From: Ginkgo biloba
Lineage: Eukaryota > Plantae > Ginkgophyta
Reading direction: 5' to 3'
Assembly: GCA_024626585.2 (NCBI GenBank)
Contig: JANKJI020000002.1
Location: 29,677,708-29,711,985, forward strand
Length of the DNA stretch: 34,278 bases
Made by a program: the position numbers and the translations under genes. Under the pieces are notes generated by a model that was not told where the DNA came from, did not search any database, and saw nothing but the letters and a program-made list of their open reading frames with translations. This document shows positions 20,500 to 34,278 of this stretch, in pieces (position 1 is the stretch's first letter; each line of letters opens with the position of its first letter).

Positions 20500-22700
20500 T
20501 GAAATTAGGGCCTAAGAGAGATTTACCTATAATTTTGAGCAATGATAATTATCTATTTTATAATTTTTTAATTAATGTCTATGAATATAGGCCGAGAAAA
20601 TATATTTATTATTTATTCCATATACATATGTTTCTATATGAATGTGATTTTAATTTTATAATTTTCTACTTTATAGTCATTATGAAGTAAGTATATATCT
20701 TGTTCATAAGGTCTTAGTTCAATATTGATCTCTTTTCATAAAAATGGTTGTAATGTTATTTAATAAATCCACATGGATCATAAGTTTAGAGGTATTATGT
20801 GATGTTTGAATTAAATGTCCTTGATTTTCCTAAGGAAAAAACATAAATCCTTCGAATATGCTCATTTTTGGATGATGTTTAATTGGATGTTTGCTTAGTA
20901 GTTCCAGGTCTTTGATGAGAATAAATATCGTAAGGAATCATTGAATTTATCCTTTGATTAATCATCACTTGTAGGCCTAATCATCTTTGAGTGAGGAATG
21001 CCTAGGTGACATTATGTAAGGTCACCAAGGTTGAATTCCTTAGACAAATATTTGGATTATCATGGCTACCTCCATTTAAAGGCCAGTGATGAAATTATTT
21101 GGTTAGAAAATAGGGTTCAAATCTATCATCCAATACTATTATCTAATTTCATTGGTGATTAATGATAGTAGTAACTATCAAAGGACTATTCATAGAGTAA
21201 TTCAAGGTCATACCTCTCTTATATTACCAAAGGGATATGAAATGGATCATGAACATTGATTAACTATATAAGAAAACCAATCATAGGTCAACAAACATTT
21301 CCATCAAACTAGGGATTAATGAGAGAATGAATCCCACAATTTGGAAGGCTAGCATTAATTGAAAGATAATGATATATGTTGATATCCATGCAGGTTCCAT
21401 AACATTATTAATCAGGGTTCAAAAAAATATTACAACATAACCCAAGTTAATGGTGGTCAAACATGGTTAACAATGTTAGAAGGAGGTTAGAGGAGGTCAA
21501 CAGGATTAAAAGGTGGGTTTGTTGGTCAAAATACCCAATTAATGTCCTAAATTTTGATTATTTAAAAATAATAACTAGTGTAATTAGTGAGATAAGAAAG
21601 TCCCATGGTGCATTGAGGTATTATCAAGAAAATCTATAACTTTCAATGGGTCCCATACATCATTTGTTCCCAATGAATAGTGCTGGCCAAGGTATCTCAA
21701 TAAAAGTTTCTTTCCCTTCCTTAGTGATGAAGTTTAGGATCACAAGGGACCAGGGAAGGCATATATGAAGGGAATATTTCATCCCTTCCTTGGTAAATTG
21801 AGGATAAGTTAAATCAATTATATTATTAATTGTATTATGATGCACAACATCCATATATTTCTTAGTTCCAACATGCATATTTGGAACCTGTGTTAGGAGT
21901 GGACAATATTTAACAAAATGACCAAGCTTGTGATAGTGAAAACAGGGTAGTGAAAGATTAAAATAAGCCACTTTTTGATTTTGCTTGCGAAACCATAAAA
22001 AATACAAGCATTTTCTACTAAAGGATTAGACAGATCAACTTCAACACAAAATCTTAGGGTAGTCTTGGTACTAAATTTTTGCTCTTTTGGATACAAAATA
22101 AACCTCCCAATAGGTACGACTATTTATTCTACAAAGTCCCAAATATATAGATTCAATGCTGGTAATTTAATCTAAACTAGGCAATAATTCTTATTAGCTG
22201 CAAGGGGATCAAAATCCACCTTCCATCTCTTAAGAATCAACATGGAACCTAAATGTGACAATGGGCCTCTAGCAAGAATTTTGTTAGCCACATCCCCAAA
22301 TGTCAGGGAGAAACACATCTAACCGTGTCCAAAAAAACTTGTTGATCTTACAGAATTTTCCCATGTTTGAATGAGCCAGGGTCTTAGCTTAATTTTAGGA
22401 GGTATGCATCCAAGGAATTAGCCTATAAGAGTGGAAGTTGGAGTAAATTTGACAGTAAACAACACATTTTCTTTATCCAAAAAGACATTAGCAGACGTAA
22501 GAGACATACTATCACCTCCTCACTATTGTGCTCAAATTTTCAACAAAGATGCTAACGGTGACATTTGTCTTCCATTAAGAGCTTCAAGATATGAAGGAGA
22601 AGCCATCCTTGAAATACTCTGTTACAGTCCCATCTCGTGGCCTTCACCCTTACTAACAGGGAGGTCCCATGGAGCCGGCTTCCCGATTTTTCTCAGCAAT
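20500..22700 (-). mobile_element. Decayed L1 LINE 5' part: ORF1 (DUF4283/RRM-like plus zinc knuckle) and start of the ORF2 endonuclease
   Basis: ORF1: KILARGP..LGSMLILKRWKVDFDP..IKLPAL..W..PIG, RFCVEVDLSNPL and LPCFHYHKLGHFVKYCP (CX2CX4HX4C with one C>Y), at about 22440-21895. Weaker endonuclease-like remnants lie at about 21030-20760. Confidence 0.85.
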
Positions 22701-23669
22701 TGCCGTTGAGAAAATATAGAAGCCTAAAATCTTTNNNNNNNNNNNNNNNNNNNNNNNNNNNNNNNNNNNNNNNNNNNNNNNNNNNNNNNNNNNNNNNNNN
22801 NNNNNNNNNNNNNNNNNNNNNNNNNNNNNNNNNNNNNNNNNNNNNNNNNNNNNNNNNNNNNNNNNNNNNNNNNNNNNNNNNNNNNNNNNNNNNNNNNNNN
22901 NNNNNNNNNNNNNNNNNNNNNNNNNNNNNNNNNNNNNNNNNNNNNNNNNNNNNNNNNNNNNNNNNNNNNNNNNNNNNNNNNNNNNNNNNNNNNNNNNNNN
23001 NNNNNNNNNNNNNNNNNNNNNNNNNNNNNNNNNNNNNNAATTTCTAACATATTGTTAATATTCTACTTCCCTTTTATAAATTTAGTCTATTAAGGTATGG
23101 ATACACTAGGATAAATATGTTTTATCCTTATGGATATAGATTTATCTATCATCTTCTAAGATATATTTATCAAGCTTATTCATATCTAACTAGTTACTAG
23201 ATTAAGGGTAATAAGATTTAAGAATAATGTTGATATTATCTTAATTGATTGATTCCTCCATGGAATCACTTCTCAAAGATACTCTATAATAAATTATGAA
23301 GGCATGATTGATGATAACATATGGAATTATCAAAATCATAAGGGAAGACATATTAAATAAGAAAATGTTTATTTTCCATGTCATCTAAGGTCTTATTTAT
23401 CTCTTCAAATTTAAATGGAAAATTATTAATACTAAATTGCTTAGGATTTACCTTTAGAGGNNNNNNNNNNNNNNNNNNNNNNNNNNNNNNNNNNNNNNNN
23501 NNNNNNNNNNNNNNNNNNNNNNNNNNNNNNNNGAAATAAAAGGATATATTATTTCTTGAGGAGAAGTAACTCTCTCTCTTCCATATATAGTGATTAAATT
23601 TATTATTGGCCCTTGATTCTTTATAAGAACTTTAAGAATATATATTAGAGAGATATCTCCAATTTTTAA

Positions 23670-24190
23670 CCAATGTAATATGGCCTTAAATGGGAACCAT
23701 TTACTTTCCTAATTTCACTTACTTGGGAAATATAGGTAAATTTGAAAAATCTAGATTAAAGGAGTTTATCAAAGGAAAAGGACTTAAGTTTGGACTCGAC
23801 AATGATCAAATCTTTATTCATGTTTTTGTTTGAAAGAAATTATTTCTTTATCAGAACATTTCATGAAGGAGGTTATTTTGTAGATATATGAGTACCATAA
23901 TTATATCCATCAAGTCTGTCTTATAGGATAAGAGAACAAGTGGGATATTCACTTTTTGCCTTTTAAGCAAGAGGTCTACTAGAGATGCAACACATTTATT
24001 TGGAATTCAAATCTTCTCATAGTAATTTTAACTTCTCTTTAAGGTATCTAGAAGAGAATGGAATTGTAATATAATAAAGTGGCATGGATAATGACTTGGA
24101 GGCACCGACCTTGATAATTTTGGACTCTCGAAGTTGTTGTCCTTTGTTACCATGACCTTATCAAGTCTTTGGAAACCCTCTAAGAAAATC
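23670..24190 (-). mobile_element. Decayed Ty3/Gypsy integrase C-terminal half
   Basis: Minus strand PLVLLSYKT (like LP.VLWAYRT) near 23940 and the terminal motif VNGSHLRPYY at about 23704-23675. Confidence 0.7.
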
Positions 24191-24440
24191 CATGGAGANN
24201 NNNNNNNNNNNNNNNNNNNNNNNNNNNNNNNNNNNNNNNNNNNNNNNNNNNNNNNNNNNNNNNNNNNNNNNNNNNNNNNNNNNNNNNNNNNNNNNNNNCA
24301 TCATCTGACTTCTCAATGTATAAATAGATGTGTATCTCAATAATGAAATCAGATAGTTTTGGTGCTCTAAACCTTTTGGAAGTGGTTGGTACTTCTTAGA
24401 TAGGCCCCTATTAGATGCTAACTACTTCTAGTTATGCCTG

Positions 24441-24463
24441 TAGGTAGATAGATAGATAGATAG
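24441..24463. repeat. Short (TAGA)n microsatellite
   Basis: taggtagatagatagatagatag. Confidence 0.8.
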
Positions 24464-25582
24464 TGCATGTTTTCCTATTCTGCATTTTCTGTAATTGATT
24501 CTTTAACTCTAGAAGCATTGTGCTAGTCTAGAAAGATAGTATTTTTCTCATTCCATTGAAATTAGTAATAGTTTCCTCTTTTAAATAGAAGTTCTAGTAT
24601 CTTCTCAGTTATTTTGGTAAATAAGGCTAACTACCTCCTTCTCGTCATAATTCTACAAACCCTAGTTGATAATTAATGGTTAATTGTTGAAAAACAACCC
24701 ACCACTGACTTCCTTAAAGAAAAAACTTAGTCCCTAAAGGATCCAGGGTGAAAGAACTCTAAGGTATGTAATGTTATATATTGGTCTTTGTGCATCTCTA
24801 GAATGATTTCTTTTATTGTCTTCATAACTATGTCTTCTATGGTCAATATTTTTCATGCTATAATGATCTAAAAAATGAACATAGTTATTGGGTCCTTACA
24901 ACTAGTGTTGTCACTTATCCTCTTTGAGTGGTCTTCAAAGTATAATTATCAAGTATCTAGTCATCCTACTTGATAGCTGCTAACCATCCTCCATGGAAGT
25001 ACACAAATAAAATACTACATGACTATAATATACAATTGATGAGANNNNNNNNNNNNNNNNNNNNNNNCTCTGCCATGGAGGATGATAAAATACAATAACT
25101 CATTGACAATTAATAAGACTTAGTTAAAAACTAAAACTCACTATTGGAATACCCATACATGTTATATTTAACATCATCAACATACTGAATAATGGACTGA
25201 TTATTAAAATACAATTATATGATGAGTTTATTTCTTTCTTAATGTCTCTTTCTTGTTGGTAAGTAGTATTAGTGGACTGTCGTCAGTGAAGAACAATTTT
25301 GTTGGTGCCAAGAATATTTATCAATTGTCGATTAAAAGAGCTCTTTCTATGTAGGTTTCATTTGATGTTGGTTTAGATGTATCTTTCTATGAGACTATTT
25401 GGTGAGATTTATTATTGGTGTCAGTCTTAAGTTATCATTTATCGATCTTCAAAATTAGATTATAGTTATCATCATTTTGAATAAGGCTCCTAATAAACTC
25501 TTTGTCAAAATAGCCTTCCTCCATGTGTCTATGCCATATGATCTAAAGCTTATCCCTCTTGAGTGAAATTTAATCACCATGA

Positions 25583-25641
25583 AATTTAATTAATTTAATA
25601 CTCTTTGATATGCAATTTAATTAATTTAATACTCTTTGATA
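25583..25641. repeat. Perfect 28-bp direct repeat, period 31
   Basis: aatttaattaatttaatactctttgata at 25583-25610 and 25614-25641. Confidence 0.92.
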
Positions 25642-26915
25642 ATTGAAGTTAAAACTTTGAAACAAAGCATTTCAATATATAGATGTATTATCATTCGGTG
25701 TTGGTTCATTCTTCAATGAGTAGAGTCATGATGGTTCTCAATGGTTCTACTCAAACAAACTTCCTTTGACATTCAACATGAGCACAACACTCATTTGACA
25801 ACATAATCAATCCCTCCTTTAACAAGGGTGCCTCCTTTGATGCCCAACATGAATAATATACCTTCTATGATAGTTATGGATTTATTCTATATGTGAGAGA
25901 GAATCCTCCAATGAGTCACTACAATCCTCTCAATGATGCTACTCAGACAACCTTCCTCTGACATTTACATGAGTACAATACTCTGAAGATGACGTGATCA
26001 ATGTTCATATTCCAACATGAGCCACATGCCTACTAAGATATGAGAAACATTATCTCCTTTGATAAATATCGCTGACCATCATTGGTGACAGTAGACAACT
26101 TATACTTTTGACGAGATCATCAAGACTCTGATAATAGAACCATTCTTTGAAAAAATAAGAATGCCTTCATCTTCTTTTGACAAACTATGGAATTTTAGTG
26201 CTCCTCTATCAAATGATGGTTTTTTAAAAGGCCTTATCTATTGTCAAATATCCATGGAGGAGGATCTAATATTTGTCGGTGAATCTCTTAGTGTTAACCA
26301 TCAGTCCTACTGTCATTTGAAGCAAACCCATTGGTTTTCCTCTATGAATGCTCCTAGACAACGCTGCTTACAAAATCATCCCTAGCCATAGTAATCAGAT
26401 TCGAATCCTGTGCACTCGAGAAGGCCACCTGATATTGGATTTGACTGTAGCAAAAACATAGTGCAGAGCTCCCGACTAGCCCAACAACTTTTGCATATTG
26501 AGAAAGGAAGTTCAATACTATTCAAACATAGTTGTTGGCGAATTCCAAACACCTTGCATTCTTCTTGTTGGGCTCATCTTCATCCTCCATATTACCAAAT
26601 AGAACTCTGTTGTTATAGGTAAGCGAAAGCAAGATGCTATGTGGTCCCTTCAATTCAATCGTGGATTCATGGATTCTATGCAAACAAAGGATGCTACCAA
26701 ATTCAATCTCATCAGCAAGAGCAGTATGATAGAACAAACATTGCTTATATTTCCCAGTAATTCCCATGCGTTGTGCTCTAAAATGCGAAACCGTGTGCTA
26801 AAAATACAAAGAAGACAAATCCCCATTCATAATTTTAAGAAAGGAATGAAATATGTTGCTGAAAGAAAGCAATGGTGTGGAATACACTTCCTACACTAAT
26901 CAATGAGAGAAGAAT

Positions 26916-27172
26916 GTGTAGTCAACTAAACACATAGTTACAAAAAAATAAATAGCACAGAAATATTCAACTATTACACAAAGATTTACATGGGGAAAAC
27001 CCTTACGGGAGAAAACCCACACTCCAAAGCAAATCCAATGTGTTATTCAGTAACACCAAAACTTGTTACAATACACTTGCAAAGTTTCAATGCTCTTCAC
27101 AGGAGTAATCAGCATCATACAATTTTAGAGAAATTTTAGCAGCATAACAGTACCTTCAATAATATCATCCAA
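26916..27172 (-). mobile_element. 3' (U5) end of a Copia-type LTR (solo or 3' LTR)
   Basis: Minus strand GTGTGGGGTTTTCTCCCGTAAGGGTTTTCCCCATGTAAATCTTTGTGT...ACTACACA, a U5 pattern I recognise from plant (notably gymnosperm) Copia LTRs. No PBS follows, and the rest falls in a gap. Confidence 0.65.
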
Positions 27173-27872
27173 NNNNNNNNNNNNNNNNNNNNNNNNNNNN
27201 NNNNNNNNNNNNNNNNNNNNNNNNNNNNNNNNNNNNNNNNNNNNNNNNNNNNNNNNNNNNNNNNNNNNNNNNNNNNNNNNNNNNNNNNNNNNNNNNNNNN
27301 NNNNNNNNNNNNNNNNNNNNNNNNNNNNNNNNNNNNNNNNNNNNNNNNNNNNNNNNNNNNNNNNNNNNNNNNNNNNNNNNNNNNNNNNNNNNNNNNNNNN
27401 NNNNNNNNNNNNNNNNNNNNNNNNNNNNNNNNNNNNNNNNNNNNNNNNNNNNNNNNNNNNNNNNNNNNNNNNNNNNNNNNNNNNNNNNNNNNNNNNNNNN
27501 NNNNNNNNNNNNNNNNNNNNNNNNNNNNNNNNNNNNNNNNNNNNNNNNNNNNNNNNNNNNNNNNNNNNNNNNNNNNNNNNNNNNNNNNNNNNNNNNNNNN
27601 NNNNNNNNNNNNNNNNNNNNNNNNNNNNNNNNNNNNNNNNNNNNNNNNNNNNNNNNNNNNNNNNNNNNNNNNNNNNNNNNNNNNNNNNNNNNNNNNNNNN
27701 NNNNNNNNNNNNNNNNNNNNNNNNNNNNNNNNNNNNNNNNNNNNNNNNNNNNNNNNNNNNNNNNNNNNNNNNNNNNNNNNNNNNNNNNNNNNNNNNNNNN
27801 NNNNNNNNNNNNNNNNNNNNNNNNNNNNNNNNNNNNNNNNNNNNNNNNNNNNNNNNNNNNNNNNNNNNNNNA

Positions 27873-30800
27873 GTTTTCTATGTTTCATTATTTTTTATAA
27901 ATTTTGACTACACAAACTAAGTTTCATGGGACTCATATACTCTATAATAGTCATTTATCAATCATAATCTTTCTTTGAGCCATAACTATACCTCCTTTTA
28001 CTTTGATACCATTTTAGAGGCATGACTCTCAACTTCTCATCTATCTTCAATTATGTTGAAGTTTCCAAATAATAATTAAGATATTGATGATGAAATAATC
28101 ACCAAATTATTACCATAACTTAATCATATCAATGAATATATGATAAACATAAATATTTTCAATCACTATAACTTATTATCATCATTAATAAGAATACATA
28201 TCATCCTATTTATGGGATCATGTCCATTACTCAATGATAATATTATAAAAGAGGTGGAAATAATAATGTGCATATCCCTTAAAATTTATAATTATAAAAG
28301 GAAAGGGTGCAAGAACTTATATATAGAGAGTTAGGAGTGGCATTAAGTATAATCCCCACCATCCTAATATCTTATGAAAATAGAACACCTATATTCTTAA
28401 AGATATATCTTAACTACTTCATAAATATGTTTTGAGAAGGATTTAATATGATCCTTGTATTCTAAATTAGGCAATGCATGATTGTATATATTGAATTTTT
28501 TGAGGTCCTTTCCATCATGGTCATCATATTTAAACACATTAATAATACATATATTACTTCTAAGTTTTTTTCCTTAAGATTCAAAAATATCAACTTGAGT
28601 NNNNNNNNNNNNNNNNNNNNNNNNNNNNNNNNNNNNNNNNNNNNNNNNNNNNNNNNNNNNNNNNNNNAATATATAATATTGAAACCTTCCTCCATCCCTT
28701 AGGGATTTGTTAGTTTATCATCCTATTTATATTTAAGCCCACAAGTCTTGGCATTGTCCTTAGATGAGAGTTTATGATATACCCACTTGGTAGGAGGCTG
28801 AAGGGAATTAACTTTAAACATTGAAAAAGAATATAGATAATAAATATAAGGGGGTAATCAAATCTATAATTATTTTAAATACTCAATTAAATATTACTTT
28901 CCACTGGTATAGTATGAAACTAATCTCTATATAGAGAAATTCTATGTACTATGTCTTCTTGTGCACTTGTAGAGAATACCATCTTTATGCGATGTAAAAA
29001 TATGGTATGGATGAATGTACTCTATTTATGAAGTGTATAAATATGGTATGAATAAATTTGTTATGTTTGTGTGACATGAAAATGTGGCATGTAGTGAAAA
29101 ATCATGGTACATCTCCTAAAATCCTAAAAACTCACAAAAAGGTGCAAAAAATATATGCCTTTGTACATGGCCTGAGAACNNNNNNNNNNNNNNNNNCCTA
29201 TGAAGTTGTCAAACACCTATACAATGTCCAAGAATATACACTATTCACTTATATGATTATATCACAAAGATATAGCATAATCTTACACAAGATTCCAAGC
29301 AAGATCAAACATAAGGTTCATAAAGATAAATTAGACAAGAATAAAATCTCTTTATTAATACAAAAGAGTGATATGCACAAGTCACAAGACTTGGGATAAA
29401 AAAGATTACAATTACATCAAGTATGAGNNNNNNNNNNNNNNNNNNNNNNNNNNNNNNNNNNNNNNNNNNNNNNNNNNNNNNNNNNNNNNNNNNNNNNNNN
29501 NNNNNNNNNNNNNNNNNNNNNNNNNNNCACATCACATTAGGAATTGGATTGTTTTTGTTTTTTAACTTTGTATGATTAATAAGTGACTATATAATATTTA
29601 TTATTTTTCCACACAAAACTAAATAACATACTAAGGATAAATGAAGAATAATTATATTTTCATACAAGGGAGTGAAAATACATGAATATCATTTTCTCCT
29701 TAGTTAGCTTGTTACTAGTATAAACTTGATAAGTCTTCCTTGATTCTTTAAGAGAGACAAGTAATGTGTTTAAATAAACAAATATAATATCTACTATATA
29801 GACAATGTTAGGGATTGATGTATGAGAGACATTAATATAAATAATGACCTCAAATATATGAAGAAAGTGAAGTTTAATAAATAATACCAAATACTTTTTA
29901 ATAAACAAATGATATATTAATGGGATAAGGTGNNNNNNNNNNNNNNNNNNNNNNNNNNNNNNNNNNNNNNNNNNNNNNNNNNNNNNNNNNNNNNNNNNNN
30001 NNNACCTACTCTCATATCCCTCTAATATCCCATGTGAAAAGTAGTTGCACCAAATATAATGATTATAAACATCTAATAGATAGTGGGGATATCCATACAA
30101 TAAGGTATAAATGGATGAAATTGGTGTTAAGGTAAGATAAATGCTAATGGAATATAATTCTCAATGAATAATTATCCTTCCACAACCTCTAAAATGAGAT
30201 AAAGAAGAAGTGGAAAAAATATATAGATATGCCAAATATATGTAATGATATTCTAGCTTGAAATTAATAAATATCATGCACATCTATACAATAAAAGNNN
30301 NNNNNNNAACCATATTCAAGAGTGTTATATTCCACAAGGGAATGCATCATAATTTAATGTTCTCTACCATGGGATAACATATATGGAATGATCTCACCAA
30401 TGAAATGTAACTAAATTATTATATGGTATAACTCCCATTGTCATTGATGGAATAAGGGGATGCGTTAAATTCAATCATAGTGATGCAGGCTCTTAGGAAT
30501 TAGAGAAATGTTCCTTAATCCTAAGGTTGTATAGTATAAACATATACAATATAATCACATAATATCAATNNNNNNNNNNNNNNNNNNNNNNNNNNNNNNN
30601 NNNNNNNNNNNNNNNNNNNNNNNNNNNNNNNNNNNNNNNNNNNNNNNNNNNNNNNNNNNNNNNNNNNNNNNNNNNNNNNNNNNNNNNNNNNNNNNNNNNN
30701 NNNNNNNNNNNNNNNNNNNNNNNNNNNNNNNNNNNNNNNNNNNNNNNNNNNNNNNNNNNNNNNNNNNNNNNNNNNNNNNNNNNNNNNNNNNNNNNNNNNN

Positions 30801-32029
30801 NNNNNNNNNNNNNNNNNNNNNNNNNNNNNNNNNNNNNNNNNNNNNNNNNNNNNNNNNNNNNNNNNNNNNNNNNNNNNNNNNNNNNNNNNNNNNNNNNNNN
30901 NNNNNNNNNNNNNNNNNNNNNNNNNNNNNNNNNNNNNNNNNNNNNNNNNNTAAATATACATGAATATACTAGAAATATCCCAAATCAATAATATATATCA
31001 AAGGGTACAATTTTAGGTGATAACAAAATGCTCCCAAAGACAAGTTCTACATGAGTAGATGACATAAATGATAAATATCCTTTGGTAGGATTACAATCTA
31101 TGAAGTAACTATCAATAATAATCAAACTAAATATGAATGATACCATACTAAATAAACCCTACCTCCATTTATAATATATACCAAACTAAATGAAATACCA
31201 TATATTTTCTCAACTATATGTTATGGCATTGATATCATTGATGATGCTAATGACGAGTCCAATTAAGGAATGAAGGAATATAAAGGAGAGTATACACAAC
31301 ACCCATGATATTGATCCTACCTAAAAAAGAGATAATATTCAAAATAGTAAACCCCACTTTTCATGTCATGGAATTATACATATCCTAGAATCATATATAC
31401 ATGCTAAGAAGAAGCCACATGGATGTGGATAAGTATCATACTCATATACATAAGATAAAATATATAAACATAAAAAATATCATAACATGTAGTATATATA
31501 AACAATACAATACCAAATGTCTCTCAATTATATAAAAATCAATGTTCATATGATGATATTAGAATTTTTAGTGAAGAAACAAAGGAATGATAATGTGAAC
31601 ATGCCTTATAAAAGTTGCAAATGGAGATAGAAATATATAAAATCAATTGTATGATGTTTCATGATATCATAAATGAACATATGATGAAGATGAAAATTAA
31701 TCATTCAATGTTCCATGGGGTGAAAAAGAGTATGAACTCAAATTCTAGCAATTATAATATGATGAAAAAAAAATTCCTAAAATTATTAAATGATAATAAT
31801 CATGAAGAAACTACTATCATAATATAACATGATATTTAATTCTAAATGATAATATTAAAATCGTATGATGTGGCTTACCTATACCCATATCTAGTGGTAT
31901 GAATTAAATTGAAAAGCATAGAATATGATGTCCTATGTAAAAGGGTCTATGGATTATTGTGCTTAATAAGGCACATAGTGATGTGATTATTCAATCATCA
32001 TACTAATATAAATTTTGGGGAGGACTACA
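27873..32029 (-). mobile_element. Heavily decayed large Gypsy (Tat/Ogre-like) LTR/5' region with gag remnant
   Basis: Candidate LTR start TGTAGTCCTCCCCAAAATT at 32029 on the minus strand. A gag-like KYDDHDGKDLKKF lies near 28500-28535. The region is very AT-rich and CpG-poor, and no PBS was identified. Confidence 0.4.
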
Positions 32030-33009
32030 CATAGATGAAGGTGGACCCTTAGGGAAATTCCAATGGTATAAAACACTAATAATGATTAGTAACTATAAAT
32101 AATTAATATAATGACTATGGATAGATTACATGATATAAATAATAATTCCAAATGGATTACCATCATGAGAAATCTAAATAGTAGATGCTATCATGTTAAT
32201 AAAATAAATCTTATATAATAATATAATTAAAAGGAAAACTACACCTATAATTATCCCCCTGAAAGTTAATGATCTAAAGATCCAATAAGAACAATAGAGA
32301 TAAGTGAATTTTGAATATAAGTATGAAGTGATAATACACCAAAAAAATACTAATTATGTTATATAAAAATAAATATATTCATACATATGTAATAAATCAN
32401 NNNNNNNNNNNNNNNNNNNNNNNNNNNNNNNNNNNNNNNNNNNNNNNNNNNNNNNNNNNNNNNNNNNNNNNNNNNNNNNNNNNNNNNNNNNNNNNNNNNC
32501 TTTCTCATCACCCATTTGTCACATTTTATCTATTCTTCTTCTTTTGAAAACTCTTCTACTTCTAGGTAGCAGGTGCTCCCAAATTTGTGATTATTTGTTG
32601 TGTGGTTTTCCATTTGAGACACTCTAGAAAATGGCAAGTGATGAAAGTAGATAATAATAAGAACATATATATCATAAAGAATGCATGCTGGTTGAGATGC
32701 CCCCCAAAGCATGAGGCTTCACGAGGAGATAAAATGATTTTGTAGCAAGTTGCATCATAAGAGTTTACTTCTTCATACCAAACTCTTTTTCATTTTTGTT
32801 GATGAATTTTGATGTAGAAATGGAAGAATAGAATTTGGAAATGGCTTCCATACTAAACTGCATAATAAATGATGTGGAAAGTACTTATAGATCTAAAGCC
32901 ATTGTAAAGCATATGGATAATTATGTATCAAGAATTATGTACTTTACTAAACCAATTATATTGTTAAGCACAGATTGTATATCCTAAGGATTCTACATTG
33001 TATCATTGT

Positions 33010-34278
33010 TTTATACCACCAAGCATTGTTCATATGTATATATATTCATTTGTAATTTATGGGATATTTGCAATGACTTCCCATAGGCATAAAAGGAAGA
33101 CGTGCCCTTAGACTCTAAATTAAAATCCCTAGCCACACTAGCATTTGAGTATGATGGATGGCACAAATTAAATCCAAGAGCAAGATAAACAACAACAAGG
33201 GCCCCAATAATGGCCAAAGAGTTGGGGGACATCAAATGTAAAATAGAAGATAACCCCTTCAATGAGACTCTTCAAGCCAGCTTGTAAAGCATGTTATTGT
33301 TGCTAAGATCAATGAAGATGGGGAAACCAAGAGAATTCAAATTAGGGATAGACTACATTAGATAGAAGTGGACGATGGGTCCTTTAAGCAATTCTTTAAA
33401 TCCCTCAAACAAAAGAAAGACTTTGAGTTAGATTCAACAGTTACAACCCTTAGTAACAAAACTACCTCTCATCGAGAAATCACCCAAACTTTTCATTTCC
33501 ATTATCTAATTGTTTTCCAATTGTCGAGGAGACTCATAATCTCATAATTCATCCCTACAAGCTTGCAAAATGGTTGTCCCCAAGAAAGTTCTTCCAAAGC
33601 ATGCTAGAGCCTATCATGCTCTCTTAACCATTGAAGAACATACCTCTGCTTTAAATGCAATGGCTAATGATAAATCCCTTCCCATTGATAACTTCCTTGT
33701 GAATTCTACAAGGCCACCTAGGATTACACTAGGACCATTATGCTTAATGTGTATAAGGAGACTCTCAAATGAAAGTTTTGGGGATCCATCATCTACCAAG
33801 GCAACATCAAGCTCATTCCTAAGCCTACAAGCTCATCAACAATTAGAGATGTATAAAACTTTTAAATGTCTCATACAAGAAAATCAAATTTCTACTCATA
33901 ATTACAATCAAACCTAAGCAAACTGAGTTTATTAAAGGGGTGTACAACTAGGAGAACTCCATTCATGTCTAAGAGGGCATGGAATGGGCTAGGCATATAA
34001 GGTAAGAGATCCTCTACATGGAGATTGATTTTGAGAAAACTTATGATAGGCTAGTGTGGAATATTATCCTTTTCATGTTAGATGCTATTGGGTTTTACCC
34101 TTCTTTCAAAAATGGTTAGAACATTATTTTCTAAGGCCTTTGCTTGTGTGACCATAACTAGCATCAAGTTTACATCCTTTGGTCTATTCAAACCTGAAAG
34201 AAAGGGTCATCCACTAGATCTTGCCTTGTATGTCCTTGTTGTTGATGCCTTAAGTGCCAATAACCATCAAGTCTCCTT
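33010..34278 (+). mobile_element. Decayed L1/Tx1-type LINE ORF2 (linker and reverse transcriptase N-terminal half)
   Basis: RLH*IEVDDGSFKQFFKSLK, LTIEEHTSALNAMANDKSLPIDNF (M..GKSPGPDG-like), IKLIPK and IDFEKTYDRLVWNIILFMLDAIGF (DFEKAYDRV.W), with frameshifts and stops. Confidence 0.88.

Noticed and set aside
9452-30988. Long ORF-track entries composed mostly of X (e.g. 9452, 12869, 22637, 27136, 30521)
   Set aside because: Artefacts of translating N gaps.

Overview
Plant nuclear genomic DNA from a large, TE-rich genome. The decayed TE space and a Copia LTR end resemble gymnosperm/fern genomes, but the taxon is inference only. The assembly is fragmented, with many N gaps. The only host gene is the 5' part of a plastid-type ATP sulfurylase (APS/ATPS) on the minus strand: exon 1 at 3064-2529, a 2.2 kb GT-AG intron, and exon 2 from 291 running off the window start. 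Exon 1 keeps a miR395 target site. Exon 2 carries an in-frame 51-nt tandem duplication and several substitutions in the QLRNP-HNGH active-site region, so this copy may be decaying. The intron holds a tRNA-Glu-headed, A-tailed, strongly structured SINE-like insert. From about 4.1 kb onward the window is a CpG-depleted nest of old retroelement relics: Copia, Ty3/Gypsy, L1-type LINEs, a possible MULE SWIM fragment, and an LTR pair at 11043/17725. I found no convincing novel multi-gene system. The items most worth checking are the APS active-site duplication, the intronic structured element, the PPT-LTR-PBS arrangement, a GGCCGTAC motif array, and an unassigned exon-like segment near 26.5 kb. TE assignments rest on by-eye recognition of degenerate motifs, and their boundaries are approximate.
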